Below the pieces are notes generated by a model. That model was not told the DNA's origin, did no database searches, and saw only the letters and a list, made by a program, of their open reading frames with translations. Made by a program: the position numbers and the translations under genes. From the NCBI GenBank assembly GCA_040954595.2, contig CM082589.2, positions 11,606,894-11,670,893 of the forward strand: a stretch of DNA of 64,000 bases, given 5' to 3'. Position 1 is the stretch's first letter; every line of letters starts with the position of its first letter. This document shows positions 1-14,631 of the stretch, piece by piece. The stretch is from Balanoglossus misakiensis (Eukaryota; Animalia; Hemichordata).

Positions 1-962
1 CTAATTCTAGGCTATTCAGCTGAAGTAGAAACCTGGACATGGACAACTTCGGGGTCAAAATCTTTTGACAAACATTTGTGTGATCTTGGGTAAACTTTGA
101 CCTACATTCCTATATTTTAGCATCCGGAGCAGATACAACCTTGACACTTGGAGTGATGGAACTATTTGATTGAGTACTATGTCTTGCCTCATTAATTATG
201 TACTTACCTAATGCCAGCCTAACCAATAGGGCTGGAAGTCTGGCTTTTTGGACATGATAAATTTGAGATCAACATTTTTCTACAGCAGCCAGCCTTCTCT
301 TAAAAAGAATGGACAATATAAAGGCTTTGATGGTATACTGAACTTTTGACTCCCTCCCTGAGACTGTGTGCCAATGACGGGATAGCCTACTCAGCGTTGG
401 GTAGATCCTAAGAAGGCCTCAGCCAGGCATCAAATACAAAAAGCAGAAATCCAAGCTTTAATGGTGGGTTACATCGTTAACTTCCCTGCAGAGCTGATTT
501 CTCAGACTGTGAGCCAATGACGGGTAAAGCCCCTAGGTAGGGGCCACCTAAGACAGGCTGGTCATGCTTTAATCACAAAGAAGGGCAAGTTCAGTCTTAC
601 CACAACTTTGTCTGCTGTATATGCTTCATAAAGATTGCAGAGTATTTTGAGAATACATTGTGTTAAGGCAGTGTGACCAGCTAAAAAGTACTGGCAAACA
701 CAGCCAATGTGTAATGAAAAACATCTAATTTGGCTGAATAAAAGACATAAAACACAGCAAAAGCACTGTGACTAGCTGAGACATAATACTCCATTATGCA
801 GTTCCATCACTCCAAGTGTCAAGGATGTATCTGTGCCGGATGCCAAGATATAGGAATGTAGGTCAAAGTTTACCCAAGATCACCCAACATTTTGTCATAA
901 GATTTTGACCCCAAAGTTGTCCATGTCCAGGTTTCTACCGCAACTGGATAGCCTAGAATTAG
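1..962. repeat. Diverged inverted repeat pair (~1-185 vs ~778-962), related to the internal repeats of the Helentron/DINE-like elements at 44.3-55.8 kb
   Basis: ctaattctaggctattcag..cctggacatggacaact..taaactttgacctacattcctatat..ccttgacacttggagtgatggaact (1-163) recurs as its reverse complement at ~800-962; shares ctaattc/ggacatgg/tttgacct motifs with the 44-56 kb elements. Confidence 0.65.
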
Positions 963-3549
963 ATATGTACATATTTAATGAGGTTACCATGGATCAAGGC
1001 AGTCCTAAGTAAACCATCAAATTTTTAGTTTCATGTTAATTCATGTTAATATAAAACGCTGTATCTCTAACCCACTGGTATGCCATTCTGTGTTTCATGC
1101 TACCCAATATGGGTAAGTAGGTAAAAAGTCACCCTAGGCCATTTGAAATTTTCCTGAAAAAATCTCGTCTCTTACATATGTACATTTGGTAAAAGGGAAA
1201 TTTTAATCACGGAGTAGAACATATTCATAAAAAATATTTGAGGGAAAGAAGGAAGTTTTTCATAGCTTTGGTGCTTCAAATAGTAGAGAGGTTCCCTTGT
1301 TATCCTTAGACTCAAACTCAGAGTTTCCAATCTTTCAGTATTTTCATGATATTACTTTCCATCTTAGATTTGTTCATCTAAACAAACTGACTGATAGGTA
1401 TACATGAACATTTTATTGACTAATGAATGTGCCTGTATGTTGCCATTTAAAAAAGTCAGATATTAAACGAGCGCCACACCTGTTTTAATCAGCCTCCATA
1501 TGGAGGGTACACATCGCAGAGAGATGACAAACCCCATGCAAATTCAAGTAATATGGCTCAATGTTGCTGATTTTAAAGGATAGGTGGATGATTTGAAAAA
1601 TGTTATTGTGGAAAAAGATGTGTAAAATTTGGCAGCTTGTGAGGCTTTAATTGTAAAATCTTTGAAATGTGTTTTACTCTTTAGGTCCAATTTCGTATAT
1701 GTCAATATACCATTGGGACCAATGTGAAATTGTTCTAAACTCAGAAACTCAAGAAGGTACTGGTCAGATTGCTTTAGAAATTGGTGTGTATTTATGTTAT
1801 TGAGACTTTATACAGATTTTGTTTTTCATTTTTGAAGTATATTTTTGGGGTGATTTTGGTCGTCATATACTCAGAAACCTCTACCCACATTTTTTTTAAA
1901 ATTTGGTTTGCATGTTCTTAGGTGTGATTTTATGACAATTTAACAAACCCAGTGATGGAAGTGACAATATTGTTTTTTTTTTTTTTTGGCAATTTCTGCC
2001 ATTTTTGTCTGATTGCTTTGCAATTTAGTTTGCAGTTTCTAGGGAATTCTTACTGTGGTGCACAAAATTCACAAAGGTGATTTACTATCCTCATGCGCTT
2101 TGTTGAACTGGCACCCTGTTGCAAAACAGACATTACAACACTCTTTGAATTGAATTCATAGCTACCAATTTTTCGGGGGTGTAGCACCTTTTTTATGCCT
2201 AAAACTTTGATCGAGAACTTCAAATTAAATGCAACCCTCCAAATATTTGCAATATTTCAGGTAAAATGATATAATTTTAAAGCATAAATTTTGATGTATT
2301 CATAATCATTAAGAGAAACACATTTTGAAAATAGAATATTAATCACACTAGCAGTTATAATACTTTTGAATCATCACTAAAGAACATATAGAAAAATTAA
2401 ACAGGTTTTAATTTTTTATATTTGAACGCAAAGCGTAAATTCCCTTGTGCCATGGAATTGACAATCTGCAACTGGTGGGGTCCTTCTGCCAGTAAAAAGC
2501 ATCAGATAAATTCTGCATGCTCATCACCGAGGCAATTTAGGTGTACTTTTGTACTTTGAGAACTGTCGGTTTTCGCAACTGAAACTCTGTTCACAGGACA
2601 GAGGAAAAACTAGAATGACAACAGCTATGTAAGGTAACAAAAGGAACACAGAGCATAGTTCTCCATACTCACATTTTAATGCAATAATTTTTGCTGAAAC
2701 TGGGGCGTCCGTGGGCAGGCAAAGGCAGTTCTAACTCGACTTGCAAATAAGGCCCATGTCTCTTGTTCACTGAGATTGTCTGGTTGTAATAATAGCTGTA
2801 AGAACTTGATCATTGACCGAACTGTTGGTTCAATTTTGCAACAATTTATGATTTCAAGCTGTGCAATATTTGCAACTCAGTTTCAACTTTGGTTGGAGGG
2901 ATGATGATGAAGCCATTTCACTGACAAAATAGCGCTACTGACTGATGTCAATGTTTGTTTACAGTCAAATGCATTGCCATCATAAAAATACATGTGAGAA
3001 ATTTCTTATGTGTATGATACACACTTTTGTGCATGACTGCAAACTCTGTTACAGTTGTGAAATTCTATGGGTTGAATTCATTGGGTAGAATTCATGTTTT
3101 TTGGATTCTTAAACAACCAGTCACGAAAGCTAAGTGGTTACCTCAGAGAAACTGTGTTAAATTTGGTCATCAATTGCTTTAAATCACACAAGACATTCCC
3201 AGAGCTAAAGTTACTGCAGCAGTCAGTTTCAACTCAGCTTGCAAATTGGGATCATGTCTTGTGTTCATCGAGACTGTCTGTAGTTGAGTTGACAGTCCTA
3301 TGGGGTCAATGATGAACCTACAAATGTTCTTTCCAATGAAATTGTTATAAATCTAATATTCAGGATTTGCATTCATACCTTAAACAATATAACTGTATTG
3401 CAAATATGGCAACTCTTCTAAGTTACATTGGAACACCTTCTCGCCACTGTTTGTGCCAAAATGGTGAATAAGCTTTCATTTTCAAGCCTTAACATAGGCA
3501 CCCAAAACAAGACAACAGCATTGCAAATATGGCATTTTTTGTTCAACTC

Positions 3550-4205
3550 TTCTCATTTGCATAGTCCAAAATGGCCGCCAAACTCCACTAACATGTACAT
3601 TTCCTATGGTCGTCTTAAATAGCGTGTAGTATCGCATTTGAAGGGTTTTCATCAATATGGGTACCTAAAACAATTTCAACGTGGTTGACATTGCAATGTT
3701 AGACAGCTGTTCTAATTTGCATAATCTAGAATGGCCGACAAACTTCTCTAACATGTAAATTTACTATGGTTGTCTTTAATAGAGTGTAATATCGCATTTG
3801 CAGGGTTTTCATCAATATGGGTACCTAAAACAATTTCAACGTCGTTGACATGGCAATATTAGACAGCTGTTCTAATTTGCATAATCCAAAATGGCCACCA
3901 AACTCTTCTTAAATGTAAATTTCCCTGTTTTGTCTTATATGGTGCCTAAAATCGCATTTGCAGGGTTTTCATCAATATGGGTAACTAAAACAATTTCAGC
4001 GTGGTTGACATGGCAATATTAGACAACTGTTCTAATTTGCATAATCCAAAATGGCCGACAAACTTCTCTATTATGTAAGTTTCCCTGGTTTGTCTTATAT
4101 GGTGTGTAATATCGCATTTTCACGGTTTTAATTAATATGGGTACCTAAAACAATTTCAACGTGGTTGACATGGCAATATTAGACAACTGTTCTAATTTGC
4201 ATAAT
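3550..4205. repeat. 160-bp tandem repeat, ~4 copies
   Basis: atcgcattt recurs at 3631, 3791, 3951 and 4111; shared gggtacctaaaacaatttcaacgtggttgacat and aatttgcataatccaaaatggcc. Confidence 0.9.
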
Positions 4206-4811
4206 TCGAGCACCTGCTGGATAATTTAATTTTTGCCCTTCTTGTCCCATGATTATATGTGTAATATCTCATTTTCAATGTGTTTACATGTATATGCAGA
4301 ATCCATTTCAAACTAAGTGGGCATATTGTAGCGCCAATCTTATTTCTTAATCCGCACCACAGAACTGATGCAAGGTTTAGGACTGGAAATGTATGTGGCC
4401 ACTGGCCGACACCCCGGGCGAGAGGTCTCCAATTATTTTCAGCACGTAGTGTGCTTCCCGGTTGATAACATCAATATGTGTAAATGCCAAAAACCCGACC
4501 TATTGTAATACCAGTCAAATTTTCTTTGTCATTTACCATTTTTCTCTTGCATATGAAGGTTTTTCTTAAAGAGTACATACCCATATACATTTGTATGGGA
4601 GCACACACCCCACCCCCTGCCAACAATAATTGGACAACTTTATTCTTCTTATACTTCTTTTTAGTCTAAACATTCATATAGAGAAGGCAACATGTTCTTG
4701 AAGCTGCTGAATATGGAAATATGATGAAGTACATTTTCCTAGTTGTACATGTACAGTATGATAGGCCCAATGTACCAATTGGAGATGTGTGCCTTACAGG
4801 CAACATACATG

Positions 4812-7800
4812 TAGCTCTGCATGGCCTGGTTAATCAATGTTGACGCAAAGGTTGACCCCACCAAACACTCAAAATTAATGGGCACGACACTGGCCACTAG
4901 CTCTGCATGGCCTGGTTAATCAATGTTGACGCAAAGGTTGACCCCACCAAACACTCAAAATTAATGGGCACGACACTGGCCACTAGCTCTGCATGGCCTG
5001 GTTAATCAATGTTGACGCAAAGGTTGACCCCACCAAACACTCAAAATTAATGGGCACGACACTGGCCGCTAGCTCTGCATGGCCTGGTTAATCAATGTTG
5101 ACGCAAAGGTTGACCCCACCAAACACTCAAAATTGATGGGCACGACACTGGCCGCTAGCTCTGCATGGCCTGGTTAATCAATGTTGACGCAAAGGTTGAC
5201 CCCACCAAACACTCAAAATTGATGGGCACGACACTGGCCGCTAGCTCTGCATGGCCTGGTTAATCAATGTTGACGCAAAGGTTGACCCCACCAAACACTC
5301 AAAATTGATGGGCACGACACTGGCCGCTAGCTCTGCATGGCCTGGTTAATCAATGTTGACGCAAAGGTTGACCCCACCAAACACTCAAAATTAATGGGCA
5401 CGACACTGGCCACTAGCTCTGCATGGCCTGGTTAATCAATGTTGACGCAAAGGTTGACCCCACCAAACACTCAAAATTGATGGGCACGACACTGGCCGCT
5501 AGCTCTGCATGGCCTGGAAATCAATGTTGACGCAAAGGTTGACCCCACCAAACACTCAAAATTGATGGGCACGACACTGGCCACTAGCTCTGCATGGCCT
5601 GGAAATCAATGTTGACGCAAAGGTTGACCCCACCAAACACTCAAAATTGATGGGCACGACACTGGCCACTAGCTCTGCATGGCCTGGCTAATCAATGTTG
5701 ACGCAAAGGTTGACCCCACCAAACACTCAAAATTGATGGGCACGACACTGGCCACTAGCTCTGCATGGCCTGGCTAATCAATGTTGACGCAAAGGTTGAC
5801 CCCACCAAACACTCAAAATTGATGGGCACGACACTGGCCACTAGCTCTGCATGGCCTGGTTAATCAATGTTGACGCAAAGGTTGACCCCACCAAACACTA
5901 AAAATTAATGGCCACGACACTGGCCACTAGCTCTGCATGGCCTGGTTAATCAATGTTGACGCAAAGGTTGACCCCACCAAACACTCAAAATTAATGGGCA
6001 CGACACTGGCCACTAGCTCTGCATGGCCTGGTTAATCAATGTTGACGCAAAGGTTGACCCCACCAAACACTCAAAATTAATGGGCACGACACTGGCCGCT
6101 AGCTCTGCATGGCCTGGTTAATCAATGTTGACGCAAAGGTTGACCCCACCAAACACTCAAAATTGATGGGCACGACACTGGCCGCTAGCTCTGCATGGCC
6201 TGGTTAATCAATGTTGACGCAAAGGTTGACCCCACCAAACACTCAAAATTGATGGGCACGACACTGGCCGCTAGCTCTGCATGACCTGGTTAATCAATGT
6301 TGACGCAAAGGTTGACCCCACCAAACACTCAAAATTGATGGGCACGACACTGGCCGCTAGCTCTGCATGGCCTGGTTAATCAATGTTGACGCAAAGGTTG
6401 ACCCCACCAAACACTCAAAATTAATGGGCACGACACTGGCCACTAGCTCTGCATGGCCTGGTTAATCAATGTTGACGCAAAGGTTGACCCCACCAAACAC
6501 TCAAAATTGATGGGCACGACACTGGCCGCTAGCTCTGCATGGCCTGGTTAATCAATGTTGACGCAAAGGTTGACCCCACCAAACACTCAAAATTGATGGG
6601 CACGACACTGGCCGCTAGCTCTGCATGGCCTGGAAATCAATGTTGACGCAAAGGTTGACCCCACCAAACACTCAAAATTGATGGGCACGACACTGGCCAC
6701 TAGCTCTGCATGGCCTGGCTAATCAATGTTGACGCAAAGGTTGACCCCACCAAACACTCAAAATTGATGGGCACGACACTGGCCACTAGCTCTGCATGGC
6801 CTGGCTAATCAATGTTGACGCAAAGGTTGACCCCACCAAACACTCAAAATTGATGGGCACGACACTGGCCACTAGCTCTGCATGGCTTGGCTAATCAATG
6901 TTGACGCAAAGGTTGACCCCACCAAACACTCAAAATTGATGGGCACGACACTGGCCACTAGCTCTGCATGGCCTGGTTAATCAATGTTGACGCAAAGGTT
7001 GACCCCACCAAACACTCAAAATTGATGGGCACGACACTGGCCACTAGCTCTGCATGGCCTGGTTAATCAATGTTGACGCAAAGGTTGACCCCACCAAACA
7101 CTCAAAATTGATGGGCACGACACTGGCCACTACCTCTGCATGGCCTGGTTAATCAATGTTGACGCAAAGGTTGACCCCACCAAACACTCAAAATTGATGG
7201 GCACGACACTGGCCACTAGCTCTGCATGGCCTGGTTAATCAATGTTGACGCAAAGGTTGACCCCACCAAACACTCAAAATTGATGGGCACGACACTGGCC
7301 ACTAGCTCTGCATGGCCTGGTTAATCAATGTTGACGCAAAGGTTGACCCCACCAAACACTCAAAATTGATGGGCACGACACTGGCCACTAGCTCTGCATG
7401 GCCTGGTTAATCAGGGTTGACGCAAAGGTTGACCCCACCAAACACTCAAAATTGATGGGCACGACACTGGCCACTAGCTCTGCATGGCCTGGCTAATCAA
7501 GGTTGACGCAAAGGTTGACCCCACCAAACACTCAAAATTGATGGGCACGACACTGGCCACTAGCTCTGCATGGCCTGGTTAATCAATGTTGACGCAAAGG
7601 TTGACCCCACCAAACACTCAAAATTGATGGGCACGACACTGGCCACTAGCTCTGCATGGCCTGGTTAATCAATGTTGACGCAAAGGTTGACCCCACCAAA
7701 CACTCAAAATTGATGGGCACGACACTGGCCACTAGCTCTGCATGGCCTGGTTAATCAATGTTGACGCAAAGGTTGACCCCACCAAACACTCAAAATTGAT

Positions 7801-10800
7801 GGGCACGACACTGGCCACTAGCTCTGCATGGCCTGGTTAATCAATGTTGACGCAAAGGTTGACCCCACCAAACACTCAAAATTGATGGGCACGACACTGG
7901 CCACTAGCTCTGCATGGCCTGGTTAATCAATGTTGACGCAAAGGTTGACCCCACCAAACACTCAAAATTGATGGGCACGACACTGGCCACTAGCCCTGCA
8001 TGGCCTGGTTAATCAATGTTGACGCAAAGGTTGACCCCACCAAACACTCAAAATTGATGGGCACGACACTGGCCACTAGCTCTGCATGGCCTGGTTAATC
8101 AATGTTGACGCAAAGGTTGACCCCACCAAACACTCAAAATTGATGGGCACGACACTGGCCACTAGCTCTGCATGGCCTGGTTAATCAGGGTTGACGCAAA
8201 GGTTGACCCCACCAAACACTCAAAATTGATGGGCACGACACTGGCCACTAGCTCTGCATGGCCTGGCTAATCAAGGTTGACGCAAAGGTTGACCCCACCA
8301 AACACTCAAAATTGATGGGCACGACACTGGCCACTAGCTCTGCATGGCCTGGCTAATCAATGTTGACGCAAAGGTTGACCCCACCAAACACTCAAAATTG
8401 ATGGGCACGACACTGGCCACTAGCTCTGCATGGCCTGGCTAATCAATGTTGACGCAAAGGTTGACCCCACCAAACACTCAAAATTGATGGGCACGACACT
8501 GGCCACTAGCTCTGCATGGCCTGTTTAATCAATGTTGACGCAAAGGTTGACCCCACCAAACACTCAAAATTGATGGGCACGACACTGGCCACTAGCTCTG
8601 CATGGCCTGGTTAATCAAGGTTGACGCAAAGGTTGACCCCACCAAACACTCAAAATTGATGGGCACGACACTGGCCACTAGCTCTGCATGGCCTGGCTTA
8701 TCAAGGTTGACGCAAAGGTTGACCCCACCAAACACTCAAAATTGATGGGCACGACACTGGCCACTAGCTCTGCATGGCCTGGCTAATCAAGGTTGACGCA
8801 AAGGTTGACCCCACAAAAACACTCAAAATTGATGGGCACGACACTGGCCACTAGCTCTGCATGGCCTGGCTAATCAATGTTGACGCAAAGGTTGACCCCA
8901 CCAAACACTCAAAATTGATGGGCACGACACTGGCCACTAGCTCTGCATGGCCTGGCTAATCAATGTTGACGCAAAGGTTGACCCCACCAAACACTCAAAA
9001 TTGATGGGCACGACACTGGCCACTAGCTCTGCATGGCCTGGCTAATCAAGGTTGACGCAAAGGTTGACCCCACCAAACACTCAAAATTGATGGGCACGAC
9101 ACTGGCCACTAGCTCTGCATGGCCTGGCTAATCAAGGTTGACGCAAAGGTTGACTCCACCAAACACTCAAAATTGATGGGCACGACACTGGCCACTAGCT
9201 CTGCATGGCCTGGCTAATCAAGGTTGACGCAAAGATTGACCCCACCAAACACTCAAAATTGATGGGCACGACACTGGCCACTAGCTCTGCATGGCCTGGC
9301 TAATCAAGGCCTGGCTAATCAAGGTTGACGCAAAGGTTGACCCCACCAAACACTCAAAATTGATGGGCACGACACTGGCCACTAGCTCTGGCCTGGCTAA
9401 TCAAGGTTGACGCAAAGGTTGACCCAACCAAACACTCAAAATTAATGGGCACGACACTGGCCACTAGCTCTGGGCTGGCTAATCAATGTTGACGCAAAGG
9501 TTGACCCCACCAAACACTCAAAATTAATGGGCACGACACTGGCCACTAGCTCTGCCTGGCCTGGCTAATCAATGTTGACGCAAAGGTTGACCCCACCAAA
9601 CACTCAAAATTAATGGGCACGACACTGGCCACTAGCTCTGGGCTGGCTAATCAATGTTGACGCAAAGGTTGACCCCACCAAACACTCAAAATTAATGGGC
9701 ACGACACTGGCCACTAGCTCTGGGCTGGCTAATCAATGTTGACGCAAAGGTTGACCCCACCAAACACTCAAAATTAATGGGCACGACACTGGCCACTAGC
9801 TCTGCATGGCCTGGCTAATCAAGGTTGACGCAAAGGTTGACCCCACCAAACACTCAAAATTGATGGGCACGACACTGGCCACTAGCTCTGCATGGCCTGG
9901 CTAATCAAGGTTGACGCAAAGGTTGACCCCACCAAACACTCAAAATTGATGGGCACGACACTGGCCACTAGCTCTGCATGGCCTGGCTAATCAAGGTTGA
10001 CGCAAAGGTTGACCCAACAAAAACACTCAAAATTGATGGGCACGACACTGGCCACTAGCTCTACATGGCCTGGCTAATCAAGGTTGACGCAAAGGTTGAC
10101 TCCACCAAACACTCAAAATTGATGGGCACGACACTGGCCACTAGCTCTTCATGGCCTGGCTAATCAAGGCCTGGCTAATCAAGGTTGACGCAAAGGTTGA
10201 CCCCACCAAACACTCAAAATTGATGGGCACGACACTGGCCACTAGCTCTGGCCTGGCTAATCAAGGTTGACGCAAAGGTTGACCCCACCAAACACTCAAA
10301 ATTGATGGGCACGACACTGGCCACTAGCTCTGCATGGCCTGGCTAATCAAGGTTGACGCAAAGGTTGACCCCACAAAAACACTCAAAATTGATGGGCACG
10401 ACACTGGCCACTAGCTCTGCATGGCCTGGCTAATCAAGGTTGACGCAAAGATTGACCCCACCAAACACTCAAAATTGATGGGCACGACACTGGCCACTAG
10501 CTCTGCATGGCCTGGCTAATCAAGGCCTGGCTAATCAAGGTTGATGCAAAGGTTGACCCCACCAAACACTCAAAATTGATGGGCACGACACTGGCCACTA
10601 GCTCTGGCCTGGCTAATCAAGGTTGACGCAAAGGTTGACCCCACCAAACACTCAAAATTGATGGGCACGACACTGGCCACTAGCTCTGCATGGCCTGGCT
10701 AATCAAGGTTGACGCAAAGGTTGACTCCACCAAACACTCAAAATTAATGGGCGCGACACTGGCCACTAAGCTCTGGCATGGCTAATCAATGTTGACGCAA

Positions 10801-13022
10801 GGGTTGACCCCACCAAACACTCAAAATTGATGGGCGCGACACTGGCCACTAGCTCTGGCCTGGCTAATCAAGGTTGACGCAAGGGTTGACCCCACCAAAC
10901 ACTCAAAATTAATGGGCGCGACACTGGCCACTAGATCTGGCCTGGCTAATCAAGGTTGACGCAAGGGTTGACCCCACCAAACACTCAAATTTAATGGGCG
11001 CGACACTGGCCACTTGCTCTGGCCTGGCTAATCAATGTTGACGCAAGGGTTGACCCCACCAAACACTCAAAATTGATGGGCACGACACTGGCCACTAGCT
11101 CTGGCCTGGCTAATCAATGTTGACGCAAGGGTTGACCCCAGCAAACACTCAAAATGGATGGGCACGACACTGGCCACTAGCTCTGGCCTGGCTAATCAAG
11201 GTTGACGCAAGGGTTGACCCCAGCAAACACTCAAAATTAATACGCACGACACTGGCCACTAAGCTCTGGCCTGGCTTATCAATGTTGACGCAAGGGTTGA
11301 CACCACCAAACACTCATAATTGATGGGCACGACACTGGCCACTAGCTCTGGCTGGCTAATCAAGGTTGACGCAAGGGTTGACCCCACCAAACACTCAAAA
11401 TTGATGGGAACGACACTGGCCACTAACCTCTGGCCTGGCTAATCAATGTTGACGCAAAGGTTGACCCCACCAAACACTCAAAATTGATGGGCACGACACT
11501 GGCCACTAGCTCTGGCCTGGCTAATCAATGTTGACGCAAGGGTTGACCCCACCAAACAGTCAAAATTGATGGGCATGACACTGGCCACTAGCTCTGGCCT
11601 GGCTAATCAATGTTGACGCAAATGTTGACCCCACCAAACACTCAAAATTGATGGGCACGACACTGGCCACTAGCTCTGGCCTGGCTAATCAATGTTGACG
11701 CAAGGGTTGACCCCACCAAACACTCAAAATTGATGGGCACGACACTGGCCACTAGCTCTGGCCTGGCTAATCAATGTTGACGCAAGGGTTGACCCCACCA
11801 AACACTCAAAATTGATGGGCACGACACTGGCCACTAGCTCTGGGCTGGCTAATCAATGTTGACGCAAAGGTTGACCCCACCAAACACTCAAAATTAATGG
11901 GCACGACACTGGCCACTAGCTCTGCATGGCCTGGCTAATCAATGTTGACGCAAATGTTGACCCCACCAAACACTCAAAATTGATGGGCACGACACTGGCC
12001 ACTAGCTCTGCATGGCCTGGTTAATCAATGTTGACGCAAAGGTCGACGCCACCAAACACTCAAAATTAATAGGCACGACACTGGCCACTAGCTCTGCATG
12101 GCCTGGTTAATCAATGTTGACGCAAAGGTTGACCCCACCAAACACTCAAAATTAATGGGCACGACACTGGCCACTAGCTCTGCATGGCCTGGTTAATCAA
12201 TGTTGACGCAAAGGTTGACCCCACCAAACACTCAAAATTAATGGGCACGACACTGGCCACTAGCTCTGCATGGCCTGGTTAATCAATGTTGACGCAAAGG
12301 TTGACCCCACCAAACACTCAAAATTGATGGGCACGACACTGGCCACTAGCTCTGGCCTGGCTAATCAATGTTGACGCAAGGGTTGACCCCACCAAACACT
12401 CAAAATTGATGGGCACGACACTGGCCACTAGCTCTGGCCTGGCTAATCAATGTTGACGCAAGGGTTGACCCCACCAAACACTCAAAATTGATGGGCACGA
12501 CACTGGCCACTAGCTCTGGCCTGGCTAATCAATGTTGACGCAAGGGTTGACCCCACCAAACACTCAAAATTGATGGGCACGACACTGGCCACTAGCTCTG
12601 GGCTGGCTAATCAATGTTGACGCAAAGGTTGACCCCACCAAACACTCAAAATTAATGGGCACGACACTGGCCACTAGCTCTGGGCTGGCTAATCAATGTT
12701 GACGCAAAGGTTGACCCCACCAAACACTCAAAATTGATGGGCACGACACTGGCCACTAGCTCTGCATGGCCTGGCTAATCAAGGTTGACGCAAAGGTTGA
12801 CCCCACCAAACACTCAAAATTGATGGGCACGACACTGGCCACTAGCTCTGCATGGCCTGGCTAATCAATGTTGACGCAAATGTTGACCCCACCAAACACT
12901 CAAAATTGATGGGCACGACACTGGCCACTAGCTCTGCATGGCCTGACTAATCAATGTTGACGCATATGTTGACCCCACCAAACACTCAAAATTGATTGGC
13001 ACGACACTGACCACTAGCTCTG
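4812..13022. repeat. Satellite DNA, 86-bp unit with an 81-bp variant, roughly 95-100 copies
   Basis: Unit tagctctgcatggcctggttaatcaatgttgacgcaaaggttgaccccaccaaacactcaaaatt(a/g)atgggcacgacactggccac starts at 4812, 4898, 4984...; 5-bp-shorter units (ctctggcctgg) appear from ~9.4 kb; no unique spacers. Confidence 0.98.
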
Positions 13023-14057
13023 CACTACAGCCCAGTGTGCGCCATCTTTGTCCGATATTTCCGTCCCTACTTTCATGGCCTCATGAATAATGTATGAGGC
13101 GATTTGTTACCGGCAATGGAACGTTCGCCAGTTACAACAACATGAAAATGCCGGTAAGTATTACAAGACATTAAACGCATTTATAATGTTTACATCACGT
13201 TATCATATTCTTTAAGGTCTTAAGCTAGTATTGTCATCATTCTCTGATTTCTATTCATTTAATTTCACTGAAAATCTGACCTGGTTTCAAATCGCTATCA
13301 TTGGTAACTATGTAAACAAAGAACATAGCAACCACAACCAAGACAGAAAAACGGCCAAAAAAATCAAATCTTAATGCATTATTCAAAATTTCAAAACCAT
13401 GAGAGTGTTCCTAAGACGTTTGTAACTCAGTGTTTTGATTTTCTATCCCCAAAAAGGTCATATGTAGAAATTGATCCAAGCAGAAATTCATCGAGTTTGG
13501 CGCGTTCTGCCTGCGCGTCGCTCTACCATTGATTACAATGGCACAGCTACGCAAATGTCGACCGTCAGGCAAAACATATCGGCAGATTTCTCGAGTTTGA
13601 AGCGTGAACCTAAAAAAACAAAACGAGCAGATTGTTCCTTGATATCTATATAACATGTTGATATATCATTTTCGTTCTAAAATGTAAGAGTAAATATTTT
13701 GAACGAGAGAGTTCTTGCGACAGCGCTTTGAACGCCGCGCGCGTACAGCGTTTAGGCAAAGCAGACGCACACAGAAGGAACTGCGTCCACGCGCAATATA
13801 CGTAGATTGCAGCTGATTATACTCAATCAATGTTCCGGTACTTGCAACAGTATGCCAGTACTTCGCAAAATACACAGTCTTTTATATCATCAGGTCTTCT
13901 GTAGCGTCATTAAATACTGTCTGTTTGGAACTGTTTGACTGAAACAGCTTTCTAGATGACCTTTTATGTTTTCTACAACTTTTCACATTTATTCACATTT
14001 AGGAAATGCTCTATTGTGTAACTCCATCCCAGCTGTGCTCTGGATATAACTCAAATC

Positions 14058-14408
14058 ATGCCTAACAGGAAAAGGACAAACCATTTTGACATCGGGCAGT
14101 ATGCAGTCCAACAAAAAAAAGCCAGAGAAATAGCTAGAGACATACAACTTCAACAGCTGTTAGATGCTGAGTTAGCTGCAAAGACACTGCCAGAAAAGGT
14201 TAAGAGCAAGTCAGAGAATAGATACAAGCTAGGGGCATGGGCAAGAGAGAGAAAGCGTAGACGTGAGGAAGAGGTAGCTCAGTACAGAGAGAAAATGCAG
14301 AAATTAGATGCAAAGAGGAGACTAGTCGACAGGGCCAGTAAGCAACTAAACAGGCTAGCAAAGAAGCAAAGGAGATTAGCTGGAAATAGGGTTAAGCTTA
14401 ATCAGGAG
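14058..14408 (+). CDS. Coding exon 1 of the transposase (basic, coiled-coil/NLS-rich, 117 aa)
   Basis: ATG 14058; donor GAG|GTAAGG at 14408/14409 is phase 0 and joins in frame to acceptor TAAAG|ATT at 15235/15236 (..NQE|IADLTSPKK..). Confidence 0.65.
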
Positions 14409-14631
14409 GTAAGGTAATTATATAGAAGGAATTTAGCTTCATTTCAGATTTTCACAAGATTTATGATTACAAGCAGAATAGGAAAATATCCACCAAATTA
14501 AAGTTTGTATACTTTAAATTATATTACAACTAAGTGAATCATAAAACATTTTGACCTTGCTTTAATGTATATGATATGATTTTATGTGTGTTTGTTTTCT
14601 AAATTCTGAACTACAGCTTTGAAACACCTCC

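Noticed and set aside
1140-3500. Possible host exons
   Set aside because: Only short ORFs and faint diverged repeats (about 2720-2790 vs 3220-3290); no coherent gene model
11117-11323. 68-aa ORF
   Set aside because: Chance read-through of satellite units
4812-13022. CRISPR-like array
   Set aside because: Whole units repeat with no unique spacers, no cas genes, and the context is eukaryotic
13023-13065. Canonical RSS heptamer/nonamer
   Set aside because: Only the initial CAC(T) matches; no ACAAAAACC nonamer at 12/23 spacing
13411-13875. CpG-rich segment with short ORFs inside the transposon
   Set aside because: No motifs or clear boundaries; may be promoter or intron sequence but a call is not supportable
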